Virus record (IMG/VR): IMGVR_UViG_3300032213_002933
Strand: one strand, 5' to 3'
Length of the DNA stretch: 64,000 nucleotides
From: an uncultured virus (IMG/VR IMGVR_UViG_3300032213_002933)
Taxonomy: Duplodnaviria; Heunggongvirae; Uroviricota; Caudoviricetes
Position 1 is the stretch's first letter. Every line of letters begins with the position of its first letter. The position numbers and the translations under genes were made by a program. A model generated the notes under the pieces. The model had not been told where the DNA came from. It made no database searches and was given only the letters and a program-made list of their open reading frames with translations. Below, piece after piece: positions 16,682 through 25,887 of the stretch.

Positions 16682-17002
16682 TTATTTACCTTGTTGAGAT
16701 TCTTTGATTAACTGATATCTTTCGCCAGTCTCTTTTGAGACAATTGAAAAGCCATAAGAAGCTGCAGCTTCTATGATCTCAGTTAGTTTATCTTTATCTT
16801 CCAAGGAAACATCATTTAAGGGCAAGGTAATTCCAGCATAGACGTCTATGTTTTCAAAATTACCAATATTAATCTTTCTATTTACTCCACATATAAATAC
16901 TGGATTAGTTGAAATAGATATTTCTGAACTCAAAATATTCACCACCTGGTCTATGGGAGAGTCAATTGACTGCTCCATTGCTGTTTTTGTTATCTTAGGC
17001 AT
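16682..17002 (-). CDS. Hypothetical protein
   Basis: RKINIGNFENIDVY motif; overlaps the stop of the kinase gene. Confidence 0.65.
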   Translation of the reverse strand: MPKITKTAMEQSIDSPIDQVVNILSSEISISTNPVFICGVNRKINIGNFENIDVYAGITLPLNDVSLEDKDKLTEIIEAAASYGFSIVSKETGERYQLIKESQQGK

Positions 17003-17780
17003 ATACGTCCGTAAGGGCTTGTACAATCTTAATTGTTTCTGCGGTTTGCTCTTCTATTGTTAGGTTATCAGTATTGATAATAGCTGATGCCATGTCCTTG
17101 ACTAGGTCTATCTCTTGTTCGGATTTATGATTCATTTGAGCAGATGTCATTTTGTATCCGTCTCTTTTCATCATTCGTTCTCCCCTAATATCTTCGGAAG
17201 CCTCGTAACATATTATCATGCCATTTGGTTGCTTGAGTATAGACTTTGCCTCGTTCTCAAATCTAACATCCGATATTATAACACACAAGGGATTATCATT
17301 GTCTACATATTCGGGAGTTTTCATGTACTCTCTATATATTTTATTAGACTTCAATACACCCCACTTAGCAAAGCATTGTTCGTCATGCTGACGACATAGG
17401 TCTCCAGCCTTCTGCAGGAAAGTTCTTGGCTTAATTCCCTCTTCTTCTATCGGAAGTTCGTATATATCATTAACTAGCTTTGTGAAAGCCTCATATGAAG
17501 GGATGGAACCAATGGCATTGGATCCAAAGATATCATAAACAATTTCGTGTATAGAAAAGAGTTGTCTATCTTTTTGGCGGACACCAAGTGTGTTCTTTTT
17601 GACCGAAGCTAATTCATATAATGGGAGAGCAAAAAAGATATGATCCCAGACTATGTGGTTGCTAACGCTATTTATTTGGGCTTTTGGTACTATTTTTTCT
17701 GCTACTGAAGTTTTTCCAGTAGCAGCCTTGCCAGCTAAGCCTATGACTATTGGGTAATCTTTGTGATATTTTTTATCCAT
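16995..17780 (-). CDS. Deoxynucleoside monophosphate kinase (T4 gp1-like)
   Basis: IGLAGKAATGKT P-loop, FALPL, PRTFLQ..G, ISDVRFENE, HKSE. Confidence 0.85.
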   Translation of the reverse strand: MDKKYHKDYPIVIGLAGKAATGKTSVAEKIVPKAQINSVSNHIVWDHIFFALPLYELASVKKNTLGVRQKDRQLFSIHEIVYDIFGSNAIGSIPSYEAFTKLVNDIYELPIEEEGIKPRTFLQKAGDLCRQHDEQCFAKWGVLKSNKIYREYMKTPEYVDNDNPLCVIISDVRFENEAKSILKQPNGMIICYEASEDIRGERMMKRDGYKMTSAQMNHKSEQEIDLVKDMASAIINTDNLTIEEQTAETIKIVQALTDVYA

Positions 17781-17786
17781 ACGTAT

Positions 17787-17795
17787 ATTATAGCA
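17787..17795 (-). promoter_or_regulatory. Extended -10 promoter, leaderless transcript
   Basis: TGCTATAAT, 6 nt, then ATG at 17780. Confidence 0.7.
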
Positions 17796-17796
17796 C

Positions 17797-18231
17797 TTAA
17801 GATTTACTAATGTGCTCTTTTCTTATCTCTAATCCATTTAAAAATGCGTTTGCTAGAGCGTCTGGCTCCCATACAAAAGACCTTTTAACCTGTACTACTC
17901 TAAAATTAAATTCATCTCTTATTTCTTCAATGGTCATTAATAGGGGTATGAGTGCGTCGTTCTTACATTTCCATCTGCCATTAACTTGGTTTGCCACAAC
18001 GGCGGAGTCGGTATATATTATTGGATCCACCAAGTCTGCCATTGAGCATATTAATAGTCCGGCTATTACGGCTTCGTACTCTGCTTCGTTATTAGTTCTG
18101 GGACCTAGTCCTCTAGCGAACTGTGCAATCTTTTTTCTATTCTTATAGACGACAGCTGAACAAGCTGCTTCACCAAACTTCTTCTGCCCTTGCCCTCTAG
18201 ACGCACCGTCACAAAATACTTCTATATTCAT
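17797..18231 (-). CDS. rnhA: Ribonuclease HI
   Basis: FCDGASRG, TNNEAEYEAVIAGL, TDSAVVANQV, DALAN. Confidence 0.9.
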   Translation of the reverse strand: MNIEVFCDGASRGQGQKKFGEAACSAVVYKNRKKIAQFARGLGPRTNNEAEYEAVIAGLLICSMADLVDPIIYTDSAVVANQVNGRWKCKNDALIPLLMTIEEIRDEFNFRVVQVKRSFVWEPDALANAFLNGLEIRKEHISKS

Positions 18232-18267
18232 AATATTAGACACCAATCTTTTATTGATAATACTTAA

Positions 18268-18489
18268 TTAGCTGATGGTGTTCGGGTCAATTTTAACATC
18301 GCATTCTATCCCATGCCTAGAGGCAGTTTCTTTGAGGTTTCTCTCTCCGCTTAGGGTAACCTGAATAGTCTTTCCAAGAAGATATCTATCCCCCTTATAC
18401 TCTACTTGCATGGGGAAATTTAAATCTTCTCTTTTAGAGGAATAAAATTCTTTAGAAGAATTGACACTCTTATAGTAACCTATAAACAT
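18268..18489 (-). CDS. Hypothetical protein
   Basis: ORF with AAGGA ribosome-binding site, within the operon. Confidence 0.6.
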   Translation of the reverse strand: MFIGYYKSVNSSKEFYSSKREDLNFPMQVEYKGDRYLLGKTIQVTLSGERNLKETASRHGIECDVKIDPNTIS

Positions 18490-18507
18490 ATAATATCCTT
18501 TTAACTA

Positions 18508-19023
18508 TTAGTAGGTGCTGAAATCTGAATCTAAATAAGATCCTTTATCTTCCCGATGTGCTGCTATTTGCATTGACTGGACTTTATCCATTATTTTTCG
18601 AGCTGACTCAGATGCTATTCTTGCAGAAGCCTCCATCGCTTCAGCCAAGGAAACGATAGCTTCGCAAGTAACTAGGGCGAAATACTCATCCTCTGCTGCA
18701 TCCATGGCAGCAGCTTCTCGCTCAGCTTCATTCTTGCCAACTCTATTGGACTTATATATCTTTTTATATTTTCCTTCTAGTATCTTATATTGAGCTCTAG
18801 CTATCCCGGCAAAGCGTGCAGAGCGACCATAAACATTGGAGGTTCTAGCTACTAGGGATGCTATTTTTTCTATACCAAGATCTACAATATCTGTTTCTGG
18901 TATCTCAATAAAGTATTTGTAATTGTTGTCATTATTAGTGTACGCGTCTATAACTTCTTTTAATTGAGGACCAAGAAAATTTTCAAGAAGTTCCTGTAAT
19001 TTTTCTAAAGAGTATGAATTCAT
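18508..19023 (-). CDS. Helical/coiled-coil hypothetical protein
   Basis: Ala/Glu-rich helical C-terminal half; ATGA overlap with the sigma-like gene. Confidence 0.65.
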   Translation of the reverse strand: MNSYSLEKLQELLENFLGPQLKEVIDAYTNNDNNYKYFIEIPETDIVDLGIEKIASLVARTSNVYGRSARFAGIARAQYKILEGKYKKIYKSNRVGKNEAEREAAAMDAAEDEYFALVTCEAIVSLAEAMEASARIASESARKIMDKVQSMQIAAHREDKGSYLDSDFSTY

Positions 19024-19895
19024 TCCGTCTCCGTTTTGAATAGGAAGAAAAGTTCTTCCATGTTTTCTTCTTTCATTATTTCTTTTACTTTTTGCTTTAT
19101 TTTATTTATGTGTTCTCTTACAGTATTGGGATGCTCATTAATGATTAGGGATATTTGACTAGATCTTTTGAGATCTGCATATCTCCATTTTAACAACTGC
19201 CTTTCCTGCACGGACAGTCTATCAAAGGGAGGCTGAGCTTTGTCGCCTAGAACCCAAAATTCATCAATTGAATCAGTAGCCAAGAGCTCTTCCATGCTGT
19301 GCTCGATTGGGTCAGCCTTAAAGCCAATAACAAAGTTTTCATCCCCTTCATCATTTGTTGCGTCGTCATCTAGGAGTGGGAATGTTTTTCTGCCTAACTG
19401 ATCTATTAAAAATGTGTCTACGTTTTTTTTCAGTAGGTAGAAGAAGTAGCTGTACAGAAATCCGCTAAATGGAATTGGCCCTTTGGCTGAATCTTTTCTT
19501 TCATACCTGTATATGCACTGAAAGAATGTCATATAGACGGTCTGTCTAATGTCTTCTTCATCTCCATATCTTTTGGTCATATAATGAATTCCCCTCATGC
19601 ATTCATTTATGATTTTTAGATTGTGGCTGTTCATTTTATTTTTCATCAGGGCAAAACGAGTTGATGGGTCTTTTATGAAAAGGGAAATAAACCTCCTGAT
19701 ATCATAATCATTTAAATTAAATTTTCCGTAGTACAGTAGTGATACATACTTAGTTAAAAAATTGCTAAAAACTTTTAATAACTCTTCTTGAGCTTTCGAT
19801 GATCCCTTTTTTGTCTTGGATATTAAATCTTGCATTTCTTGCTCCGCTAAGGAGTAGTATTGTTCTTTGTAACTCGTCACTTTTTTCCTTCCCAA
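19020..19895 (-). CDS. Phage RNA polymerase sigma-factor-like protein
   Basis: LI...KKG...AQEELL N-terminus; region-2-like DEEDIRQ...FFQCI.RY...PFSGF; region-4 HTH LSVQERQLLKWRY...QIS......NTVREHI. Confidence 0.7.
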   Translation of the reverse strand: MGRKKVTSYKEQYYSLAEQEMQDLISKTKKGSSKAQEELLKVFSNFLTKYVSLLYYGKFNLNDYDIRRFISLFIKDPSTRFALMKNKMNSHNLKIINECMRGIHYMTKRYGDEEDIRQTVYMTFFQCIYRYERKDSAKGPIPFSGFLYSYFFYLLKKNVDTFLIDQLGRKTFPLLDDDATNDEGDENFVIGFKADPIEHSMEELLATDSIDEFWVLGDKAQPPFDRLSVQERQLLKWRYADLKRSSQISLIINEHPNTVREHINKIKQKVKEIMKEENMEELFFLFKTETE

Positions 19896-20443
19896 TTTAT
19901 AATATATGGGCTATAATAATCTCTTATGTCTTCGTAGAAGACTATTTTAGAAACTTCTATTTCTGCCATGAAATTTTTAGCTTCGTTTGAATACTTGCTT
20001 ATCACACATGTTAACTTTGCAAATTCATCAGGATAATATCTTTTGAATCTTTTTAGTTTTATCTTACTTTTGTCATCAAGGTAACCTTTAATTTCTATCC
20101 ATTCATTATTTCTTACTAAAAAGAAATCAGGAGTATAGGCTCGGGTTCCTCTTTTGATTGGAAATGGAAAAACAGTTGGCTCAAATTTAAAATCTATTTT
20201 ATAGATATTTAGAACCCTAACAAAATTAGCTTCCCAGCTAGACCTAACATTCAGATCAATATCTTTCCTGTATCCGGTCCTTGTGTACTGGTATGCGTTG
20301 CCCTTTTTCCTGGCAATGACTCCGTCATTTTCTATGACTTCAGAGTTGATTGATTTATTCCTAATGTTATTAAGATTAGGATGTTTCTTGAAGGAAGATT
20401 TTTCCAAAAAAAAGTCTTCCGGTTTGACAACTTCTATGTTCAT
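19877..20443 (-). CDS. PD-(D/E)XK endonuclease
   Basis: RSSWEAN, FEP, YTPDF, IEIKG. Confidence 0.8.
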   Translation of the reverse strand: MNIEVVKPEDFFLEKSSFKKHPNLNNIRNKSINSEVIENDGVIARKKGNAYQYTRTGYRKDIDLNVRSSWEANFVRVLNIYKIDFKFEPTVFPFPIKRGTRAYTPDFFLVRNNEWIEIKGYLDDKSKIKLKRFKRYYPDEFAKLTCVISKYSNEAKNFMAEIEVSKIVFYEDIRDYYSPYIINWEGKK

Positions 20444-20480
20444 TCGATATCCTCTACAGGGTAAACATGTGGTGATATAA

Positions 20481-20555
20481 ATTATACACCATAAAAATAA
20501 AAAAAGCAAAATGTTTGCAATTCGTGTTGCAAATACAAACAGGAAGAGATACACT
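20481..20555. promoter_or_regulatory. Back-to-back divergent promoters with an intervening palindrome
   Basis: Minus: TTGCTT (20509-20504), 17 nt, TATAAT (20486-20481). Plus: TTGCAA (20527-32), 17 nt, TACACT (20550-55). Palindrome TTTGCAA-N6-TTGCAAA at 20514-20533. Confidence 0.7.
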
Positions 20556-20562
20556 GATCATC

Positions 20563-20739
20563 ATGAACACACTAAAGACAATCATCAACAGTATCAATCA
20601 GAACATCAATGAAGAAATCATTGAAGACTTAACCTCAACTTTGGGATTCAATCATGGAACCGCAGTCAAGATGGTTACTGAATTCGAAGATTTCAACCTT
20701 TGGTTGTCAGCTGAAGAAAATCCAGTTACTGACTTCTGA
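20563..20739 (+). CDS. 58-aa acidic hypothetical protein; lone plus-strand, leaderless gene
   Basis: ATG 7 nt after TACACT; has its own downstream terminator. Confidence 0.7.
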   Translation: MNTLKTIINSINQNINEEIIEDLTSTLGFNHGTAVKMVTEFEDFNLWLSAEENPVTDF

Positions 20740-20764
20740 TCAATACTTAAAATAAAAAAGATTT

Positions 20765-20790
20765 GGGGCCGAGAAATCGGCCCCTTTTCT
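20765..20790 (+). terminator. Intrinsic terminator (probably bidirectional, between convergent genes)
   Basis: GGGGCCGA-GAAA-TCGGCCCC followed by TTTTCTTT. Confidence 0.85.
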
Positions 20791-21591
20791 TTATCTAAAG
20801 TTATTCTTCTTATTTCTAAAGACACCAGTTCCACAAGCTTCACTTTTTGCATGATCACAATAGCTACACGCTCTTGTATTGGCGGTTGGTAAAAAGTTGG
20901 TGTCGGTAATTATATTATTGATAGCTTTCAATATTCTGACTTTTACATTTTCTATATCATCTAAAGAAAATAGATGACCTTTCTTCTTTCCAGATCTCAG
21001 ATAATATAGTTCTGCATATATCTCTTTTTCAGGAAAGATGTTGTGCATGGCAAGCGCATATATGCCCAACTGAAGATTGTTGTGAATATCCTTTTGCGTA
21101 GCTTCCCATTTACCGGTCTTATAATCGGTGATATGAACCCTATCTCCAATGATGTCAACTCTATCTATGAAACCTATGATTTTATATATTCCAATAATGA
21201 AATTAAAGCTCATTTCTTTTTCATAGATATTTAATTTCTTGTCTGCGTGTTGGTCATAGAATTCATCTATGATTACTGATCCGACCGATAGCAACTCTGA
21301 GGGAATTAAGTTGTCGGGATCCCAGATGGGAATATTTTTTTCGTATTCATTTCTAAGATCTGTTATGTCTAATGTTTTTTCATTGTCTAAAATATTTTCT
21401 AAAACAGAGTGAACTATATTGCCAAGAACAGCAGGTGGATTAAATTGTCTAGGCTCTTTTAAGATGTAGGAATAAAAATACTTAGCTGCGCACTGTGTAT
21501 AGGTGTCTATTCTTGAATAAGAAAAATCAACTACTCCTAATTTTTGTAAGTCGTTTAAACTATCATAGTTTTTAATTGATATAGAACTCAA
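20791..21591 (-). CDS. RecB/Cas4-like PD-(D/E)XK exonuclease with Fe-S staple cysteines
   Basis: SYSRI..Y.QC, GNIVH, GFIDRVD, TDYKTG, QLGIY, CSYC..C. Confidence 0.88.
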   Translation of the reverse strand: MSSISIKNYDSLNDLQKLGVVDFSYSRIDTYTQCAAKYFYSYILKEPRQFNPPAVLGNIVHSVLENILDNEKTLDITDLRNEYEKNIPIWDPDNLIPSELLSVGSVIIDEFYDQHADKKLNIYEKEMSFNFIIGIYKIIGFIDRVDIIGDRVHITDYKTGKWEATQKDIHNNLQLGIYALAMHNIFPEKEIYAELYYLRSGKKKGHLFSLDDIENVKVRILKAINNIITDTNFLPTANTRACSYCDHAKSEACGTGVFRNKKNNFR

Positions 21592-21599
21592 AAATACTC

Positions 21600-21767
21600 C
21601 TACTTCTCTTCATTGGGGTCATATATTAATCGACCATTTTCATCGAATTCTCTTCCGATTTCATCTATAGTATGATTATTATATTTATTCATATAGGCGC
21701 CTTGCCCGATTGATACCCAGCCAGTTTCGCCTAATTCCATATGATCATCCTCTTCATAGGGCCACAT
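21600..21767 (-). CDS. 55-aa acidic hypothetical protein (not in the ORF track)
   Basis: MWPYEEDDHMELGETGWVSIGQGAYMNKYNNHTIDEIGREFDENGRLIYDPNEEK; fills the gap, GGGGG ribosome-binding site. Confidence 0.65.
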   Translation of the reverse strand: MWPYEEDDHMELGETGWVSIGQGAYMNKYNNHTIDEIGREFDENGRLIYDPNEEK

Positions 21768-21984
21768 GTTCGCCCCCTATGGATACCTTAACGTCTGTAA
21801 GTTCTTCTGCATGCAAGTAATAACTAACTACCGTATATAGGTCCTTCAGTTCTTTTTGCGTCAGGTAGAAACCAACGCACGTGCATTGAAGAAATAACTT
21901 ATCGTCATAATTATATGTCGAATCGGTATATTCGGTTAACTTAATATTGCCTTTTTCTACTGTTGCTGGAACATTTGCTAGCAT
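21754..21984 (-). CDS. Hypothetical protein
   Basis: GAGGAG ribosome-binding site; within the operon. Confidence 0.6.
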   Translation of the reverse strand: MLANVPATVEKGNIKLTEYTDSTYNYDDKLFLQCTCVGFYLTQKELKDLYTVVSYYLHAEELTDVKVSIGGEHVAL

Positions 21985-21987
21985 TTT

Positions 21988-22353
21988 TTACTCCTCGTAA
22001 ATACCTATTGGATTCCAATTTGGATTATCTAATTTTTCTCTCATATCTTTAACATAAGAATCCCAGTCTCGTTCATCTTCTGTTATTCTTTCATACTTCA
22101 CTTGACCTTTGAATGGATTTGTCTTAAACTTGGTAGTTATCAAGCGACCTTGCTGAGTCTTCCATCTAAGTACGCCATTTTTACAGTCGCAAAAATCATC
22201 ATTGTCTGCAGTAACTTTTAGATCAGGGTCATAGCGCCCACTGCAGCCATTACACTTTGTGTATCGCCCTTTATCCTGGCACCTATTGCAGGACGGACAA
22301 AAAACCCAACACCATTTATCGGTTGGGTTTACTGATGGGTTTACGTTAGGCAT
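21988..22353 (-). CDS. Cys-rich (Zn or Fe-S) hypothetical protein
   Basis: CWVFCPSCNRC...CNGC...CDC. Confidence 0.65.
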   Translation of the reverse strand: MPNVNPSVNPTDKWCWVFCPSCNRCQDKGRYTKCNGCSGRYDPDLKVTADNDDFCDCKNGVLRWKTQQGRLITTKFKTNPFKGQVKYERITEDERDWDSYVKDMREKLDNPNWNPIGIYEE

Positions 22354-25300
22354 TTTGTTTCTCCATTCTAATGATTTCTTCTATAAAACTTTTAACTTTT
22401 TCAGATGTATTATTTTTAAAGTTATAAATAAATTTATGCGCACCGTCTTTTATTTGCAAAAAGACTGGTTTGTCACCTTTTGACGATTCAATTATATCAT
22501 ATATTTTTTGAATAGTTAAAGGCGAGATGCTTTTATCGACATCAAATATTAAAGCTTTCCCACTGGAAAATACATGTGAATCTATTTTTTCTGAACTATT
22601 ATAAAACAATCTTACGATAGAGCCTTCTTCATCGCTCTCTCTATTTACGGATCCTGACATAATAAAAATGTCTCCCTTAACAAAGGGATCTTCTCCCAGT
22701 TGTTTGGCGGAGTTGGGAAATATAACAATTTCTAGGTCTGAAGATATGTCCTCTAATAGGATCTTATACATCTTCGTTCCCTTTTTTGTAATTATACTCT
22801 TCACGTCTGTCACAATTCCCCCAACTCTTACTGGGGTTCCATTTGCAACTTCCGCTAGATCAATAATTTCGTAATCAATTTTTTTAGATAATATATCCCA
22901 TATGCCATTAACTGGGTGATCTGTTACGTACATCCCAAGTTCTTCTTTTTCTTTTTCTAAAAGTTGTATTTCTTGTATCCTATTAATTTCTAAGTTATCT
23001 CTATAGTCAAATAACTCATCAAAGGCTCCAGCGTTTGCAAGATGTTCTAGCGTTGTTTTCTTAAGTGTTGACGGATCACATCTTCTAAAGAAATCATAAA
23101 TACTAGTATATGGACGATTTAAATCTCGAGCATTGACGATTGCATCTGCGATAGAAACGCCTATTCCATTAACAGCTGATAGACCAAAAACTATTGCACT
23201 ATCTCCATCAACTTCAAAGTCGATTCCAGAATAATTAACCGATGGAGGAAGTACATTTATTCCTAGTTTTCTACAGTCAGCTAAGTAAAAGGATTGCTTT
23301 TCTTTATTACCAACCACTGAAGACATTAGTGCTGCCATGTATTCAACTGTATAGTTAGCCTTAAGATAGGCTGTGACATAGCTAATCATAGCGTAGCTAG
23401 CTGCGTGTGCTCTGTTAAATCCATATCCTCCGAAGTATTCAATATCTGAGAATATTTTATTAGCTAAAGATGCAGTTAAGCCGGATGTCTTTTGGCAACC
23501 TTCCACGAACTTTGAGCGTATGCTTGCAATTTTGTCCATTAACTTTTTGCCGATGACTTTTCTAAGATCGTCGGCTTCAGCAGATGTAAATCCAGCTAAT
23601 TCTCTTGCCACTCCCAAGACATCTTCCTGGTATAGCATGATGCCCAGGGAGGGTGCTAGAACCTTTTCTAGCTTCTCGTGCTCATACTTAACATTACTAC
23701 GACCGTGCTTTCTGTCGATGTACTCTTTGTCCATTCCAGAGCCCATTGGACCAGGTCTGTACAGGGATATTAGGGCCATAATGTCTTCAACATTGCGTGG
23801 CTGTAGCTGCATCATCAGCTGTCTCATTCCAGATGATTCAAGCTGGAATACTCCTGCGCAGTTTCCCTTGCAAAGCTCATCGTAAGTTTTGCTGTCGTCT
23901 AAGGGAATTGAATCTATATCTACGTCTATACCTCTATGTTTAAGAACTAATTTAACACATGAATCAATAATGCCAAGATTTCTAAGTCCAAGGAAGTCAA
24001 TCTTAAGAAGTCCGCATTGCTCAACTCTTCCCATGTCCCATTGAGTTACTAACGGGTTGTCGGCACCTTTTTTCATTACTGGAAGATATTCAGTAAGAGC
24101 TTCGCGAGAAATAACAATTCCAGCGGCGTGAATGCCAGTTTGTCTAACCAATCCCTCTAGTCCAAAAGCTGCGTCAATAATATTTTTAGCTGTTGAATCT
24201 TTATTATAAAGTTGGTTGAAGTCTTCAACGTCCATACACTCAGAAAGGCTCTTGGACACACCAAGAATAGGAGGTGGAACTAACTTTGCAACTGAGTCAC
24301 CAGTAGTAAAATCATGCCCTAGTGCTCTCGCAGCATCTCTGATTGACTGTCTGGCACCGCTTCTATTGAATGTGCAGATATGTGCAACGTGGTCCGATCC
24401 ATACTTTGATCTGGCGTAGTCAATAACTTCGTCTCGATGTCTATCATCAAAGTCGAGGTCGATGTCAGGCATCGACTTTCTTCCCTCAACTAAAAATCGC
24501 TCAAACATTAAACCAAATTTAATCGGATCAAGATTAGTAATCTTAAATGCATACGACAAAATACTTCCGGCAGCGGATCCTCTACCCCATCCAACCCTAA
24601 TGTTATTATCTTTAGCCCAATTCACTAAATCAGAAACAACCAAAAAATATTCCGGGAAGCCCATATCCTTTACGACTCTCATCTCATAGAGAGCTCTGTC
24701 TACAATATGCTGCGGGAGTGGGTCGCCATATCTTTCCTTTAATCCGCTCCAGGCTAATCGCTCAAAATAATCTATGGAAGATTCACTTGTAGGAATAGGA
24801 AAATTAGGAAAATAAATATTTCCAAAATTAAGATTAACGTCTACCATGTCACATACATCCATGGTATTTCTCAGCCACTCTGAACTAAATCTTCTCTCCA
24901 TGTCATCATAGGACTGTAGATAGAACTCATCGCCACTAAAAGAGAATCTATTAGGAGTGTTGATATTGGCGTTAGTGGCTACGCATAACATGATGTCATG
25001 CGCTCTAGCGTCGTGCTGATGCACGTAATGACAATCACCACTAGGAACGACTTTGGCGCCAATTATGGATGCAATTTCGATTAGCTGATTGAATACTTTT
25101 CTTTGCTCGGATAAGCCGTGATCTTGAATCTCAATGAAATAATTCTCTTTTCCTACAATGTCTTGCATCTTTTTAGCAGACGCCAGTGCGTAGTTGAAAT
25201 CATCTCTCAATAGGGCTTGAGATACTTCTCCGTTAAGGCATCCAGACAAAACAATAATGCCATCAGAATGTTCCGATATGAGATCATGATCAACTCTTGG

Positions 25301-25681
25301 CTTAACATAATACCCCTCAATAAAAGACCTAGAGGACATCTTAATTATATTATTGTATCCGGCGTTGTTCTTCGCTAAAATAGTTATGTGATAGGGGCCT
25401 CTTTGTTCCCACTCATTTTTAGCTGGACCTGATCTTTCTTCTTGATCTTTATCAAATCTACTTTTTCTAGCTTGATAAAATTCAGAACCTAAAATTGGCT
25501 TAACCCCAGTAGCTACTCCAGCGTCATAGAAATCTAACCATGAATGGATGTTTCCGTGATCGGTAGTCGCTAGCCCCTTCATCCCAAGGGACTGCGCTCT
25601 ATCCAGGTACTGTTCTATTCGACCATGACCATCTAACATAGAATAAACTGTATGGTTATGTAAGTTTGTCCAGTTTTTCAC
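22346..25681 (-). CDS. dnaE: DNA polymerase III alpha subunit (family C)
   Basis: PHP domain LHNHTVYSMLDG/TDHGN; GRGSAAGS; MPDIDLDF; HAAG; KIDFLGLRNL; YGFNRAHAASY; C-terminal OB fold. Confidence 0.97.
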   Translation of the reverse strand: MKNWTNLHNHTVYSMLDGHGRIEQYLDRAQSLGMKGLATTDHGNIHSWLDFYDAGVATGVKPILGSEFYQARKSRFDKDQEERSGPAKNEWEQRGPYHITILAKNNAGYNNIIKMSSRSFIEGYYVKPRVDHDLISEHSDGIIVLSGCLNGEVSQALLRDDFNYALASAKKMQDIVGKENYFIEIQDHGLSEQRKVFNQLIEIASIIGAKVVPSGDCHYVHQHDARAHDIMLCVATNANINTPNRFSFSGDEFYLQSYDDMERRFSSEWLRNTMDVCDMVDVNLNFGNIYFPNFPIPTSESSIDYFERLAWSGLKERYGDPLPQHIVDRALYEMRVVKDMGFPEYFLVVSDLVNWAKDNNIRVGWGRGSAAGSILSYAFKITNLDPIKFGLMFERFLVEGRKSMPDIDLDFDDRHRDEVIDYARSKYGSDHVAHICTFNRSGARQSIRDAARALGHDFTTGDSVAKLVPPPILGVSKSLSECMDVEDFNQLYNKDSTAKNIIDAAFGLEGLVRQTGIHAAGIVISREALTEYLPVMKKGADNPLVTQWDMGRVEQCGLLKIDFLGLRNLGIIDSCVKLVLKHRGIDVDIDSIPLDDSKTYDELCKGNCAGVFQLESSGMRQLMMQLQPRNVEDIMALISLYRPGPMGSGMDKEYIDRKHGRSNVKYEHEKLEKVLAPSLGIMLYQEDVLGVARELAGFTSAEADDLRKVIGKKLMDKIASIRSKFVEGCQKTSGLTASLANKIFSDIEYFGGYGFNRAHAASYAMISYVTAYLKANYTVEYMAALMSSVVGNKEKQSFYLADCRKLGINVLPPSVNYSGIDFEVDGDSAIVFGLSAVNGIGVSIADAIVNARDLNRPYTSIYDFFRRCDPSTLKKTTLEHLANAGAFDELFDYRDNLEINRIQEIQLLEKEKEELGMYVTDHPVNGIWDILSKKIDYEIIDLAEVANGTPVRVGGIVTDVKSIITKKGTKMYKILLEDISSDLEIVIFPNSAKQLGEDPFVKGDIFIMSGSVNRESDEEGSIVRLFYNSSEKIDSHVFSSGKALIFDVDKSISPLTIQKIYDIIESSKGDKPVFLQIKDGAHKFIYNFKNNTSEKVKSFIEEIIRMEKQNA

Positions 25682-25887
25682 TAAATTCCTCTACTTTTAT
25701 CTGAACCATCTAAGGCTCTATTTCTTGTTTGACGATAAGTAATAATGACTACTCCACCACAAAACTTACAAGGCACTGACTTTCCCTCTTGGGCAAATGG
25801 ACTATTGTACATATATTTTTCTGGTTGATCTGATTTGCATTCAGAACAAACACCAATCACATCGTCTACTTCATTGTTCTCTTCCAT
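25681..25887 (-). CDS. Small Zn-ribbon protein
   Basis: CSEC...CKFCGG; GGAGG ribosome-binding site. Confidence 0.7.
   Translation of the reverse strand: MEENNEVDDVIGVCSECKSDQPEKYMYNSPFAQEGKSVPCKFCGGVVIITYRQTRNRALDGSDKSRGI

Noticed and set aside
20791..21591. CRISPR-Cas locus around the Cas4-like gene
   Set aside because: No repeat-spacer array or other cas genes found in the window
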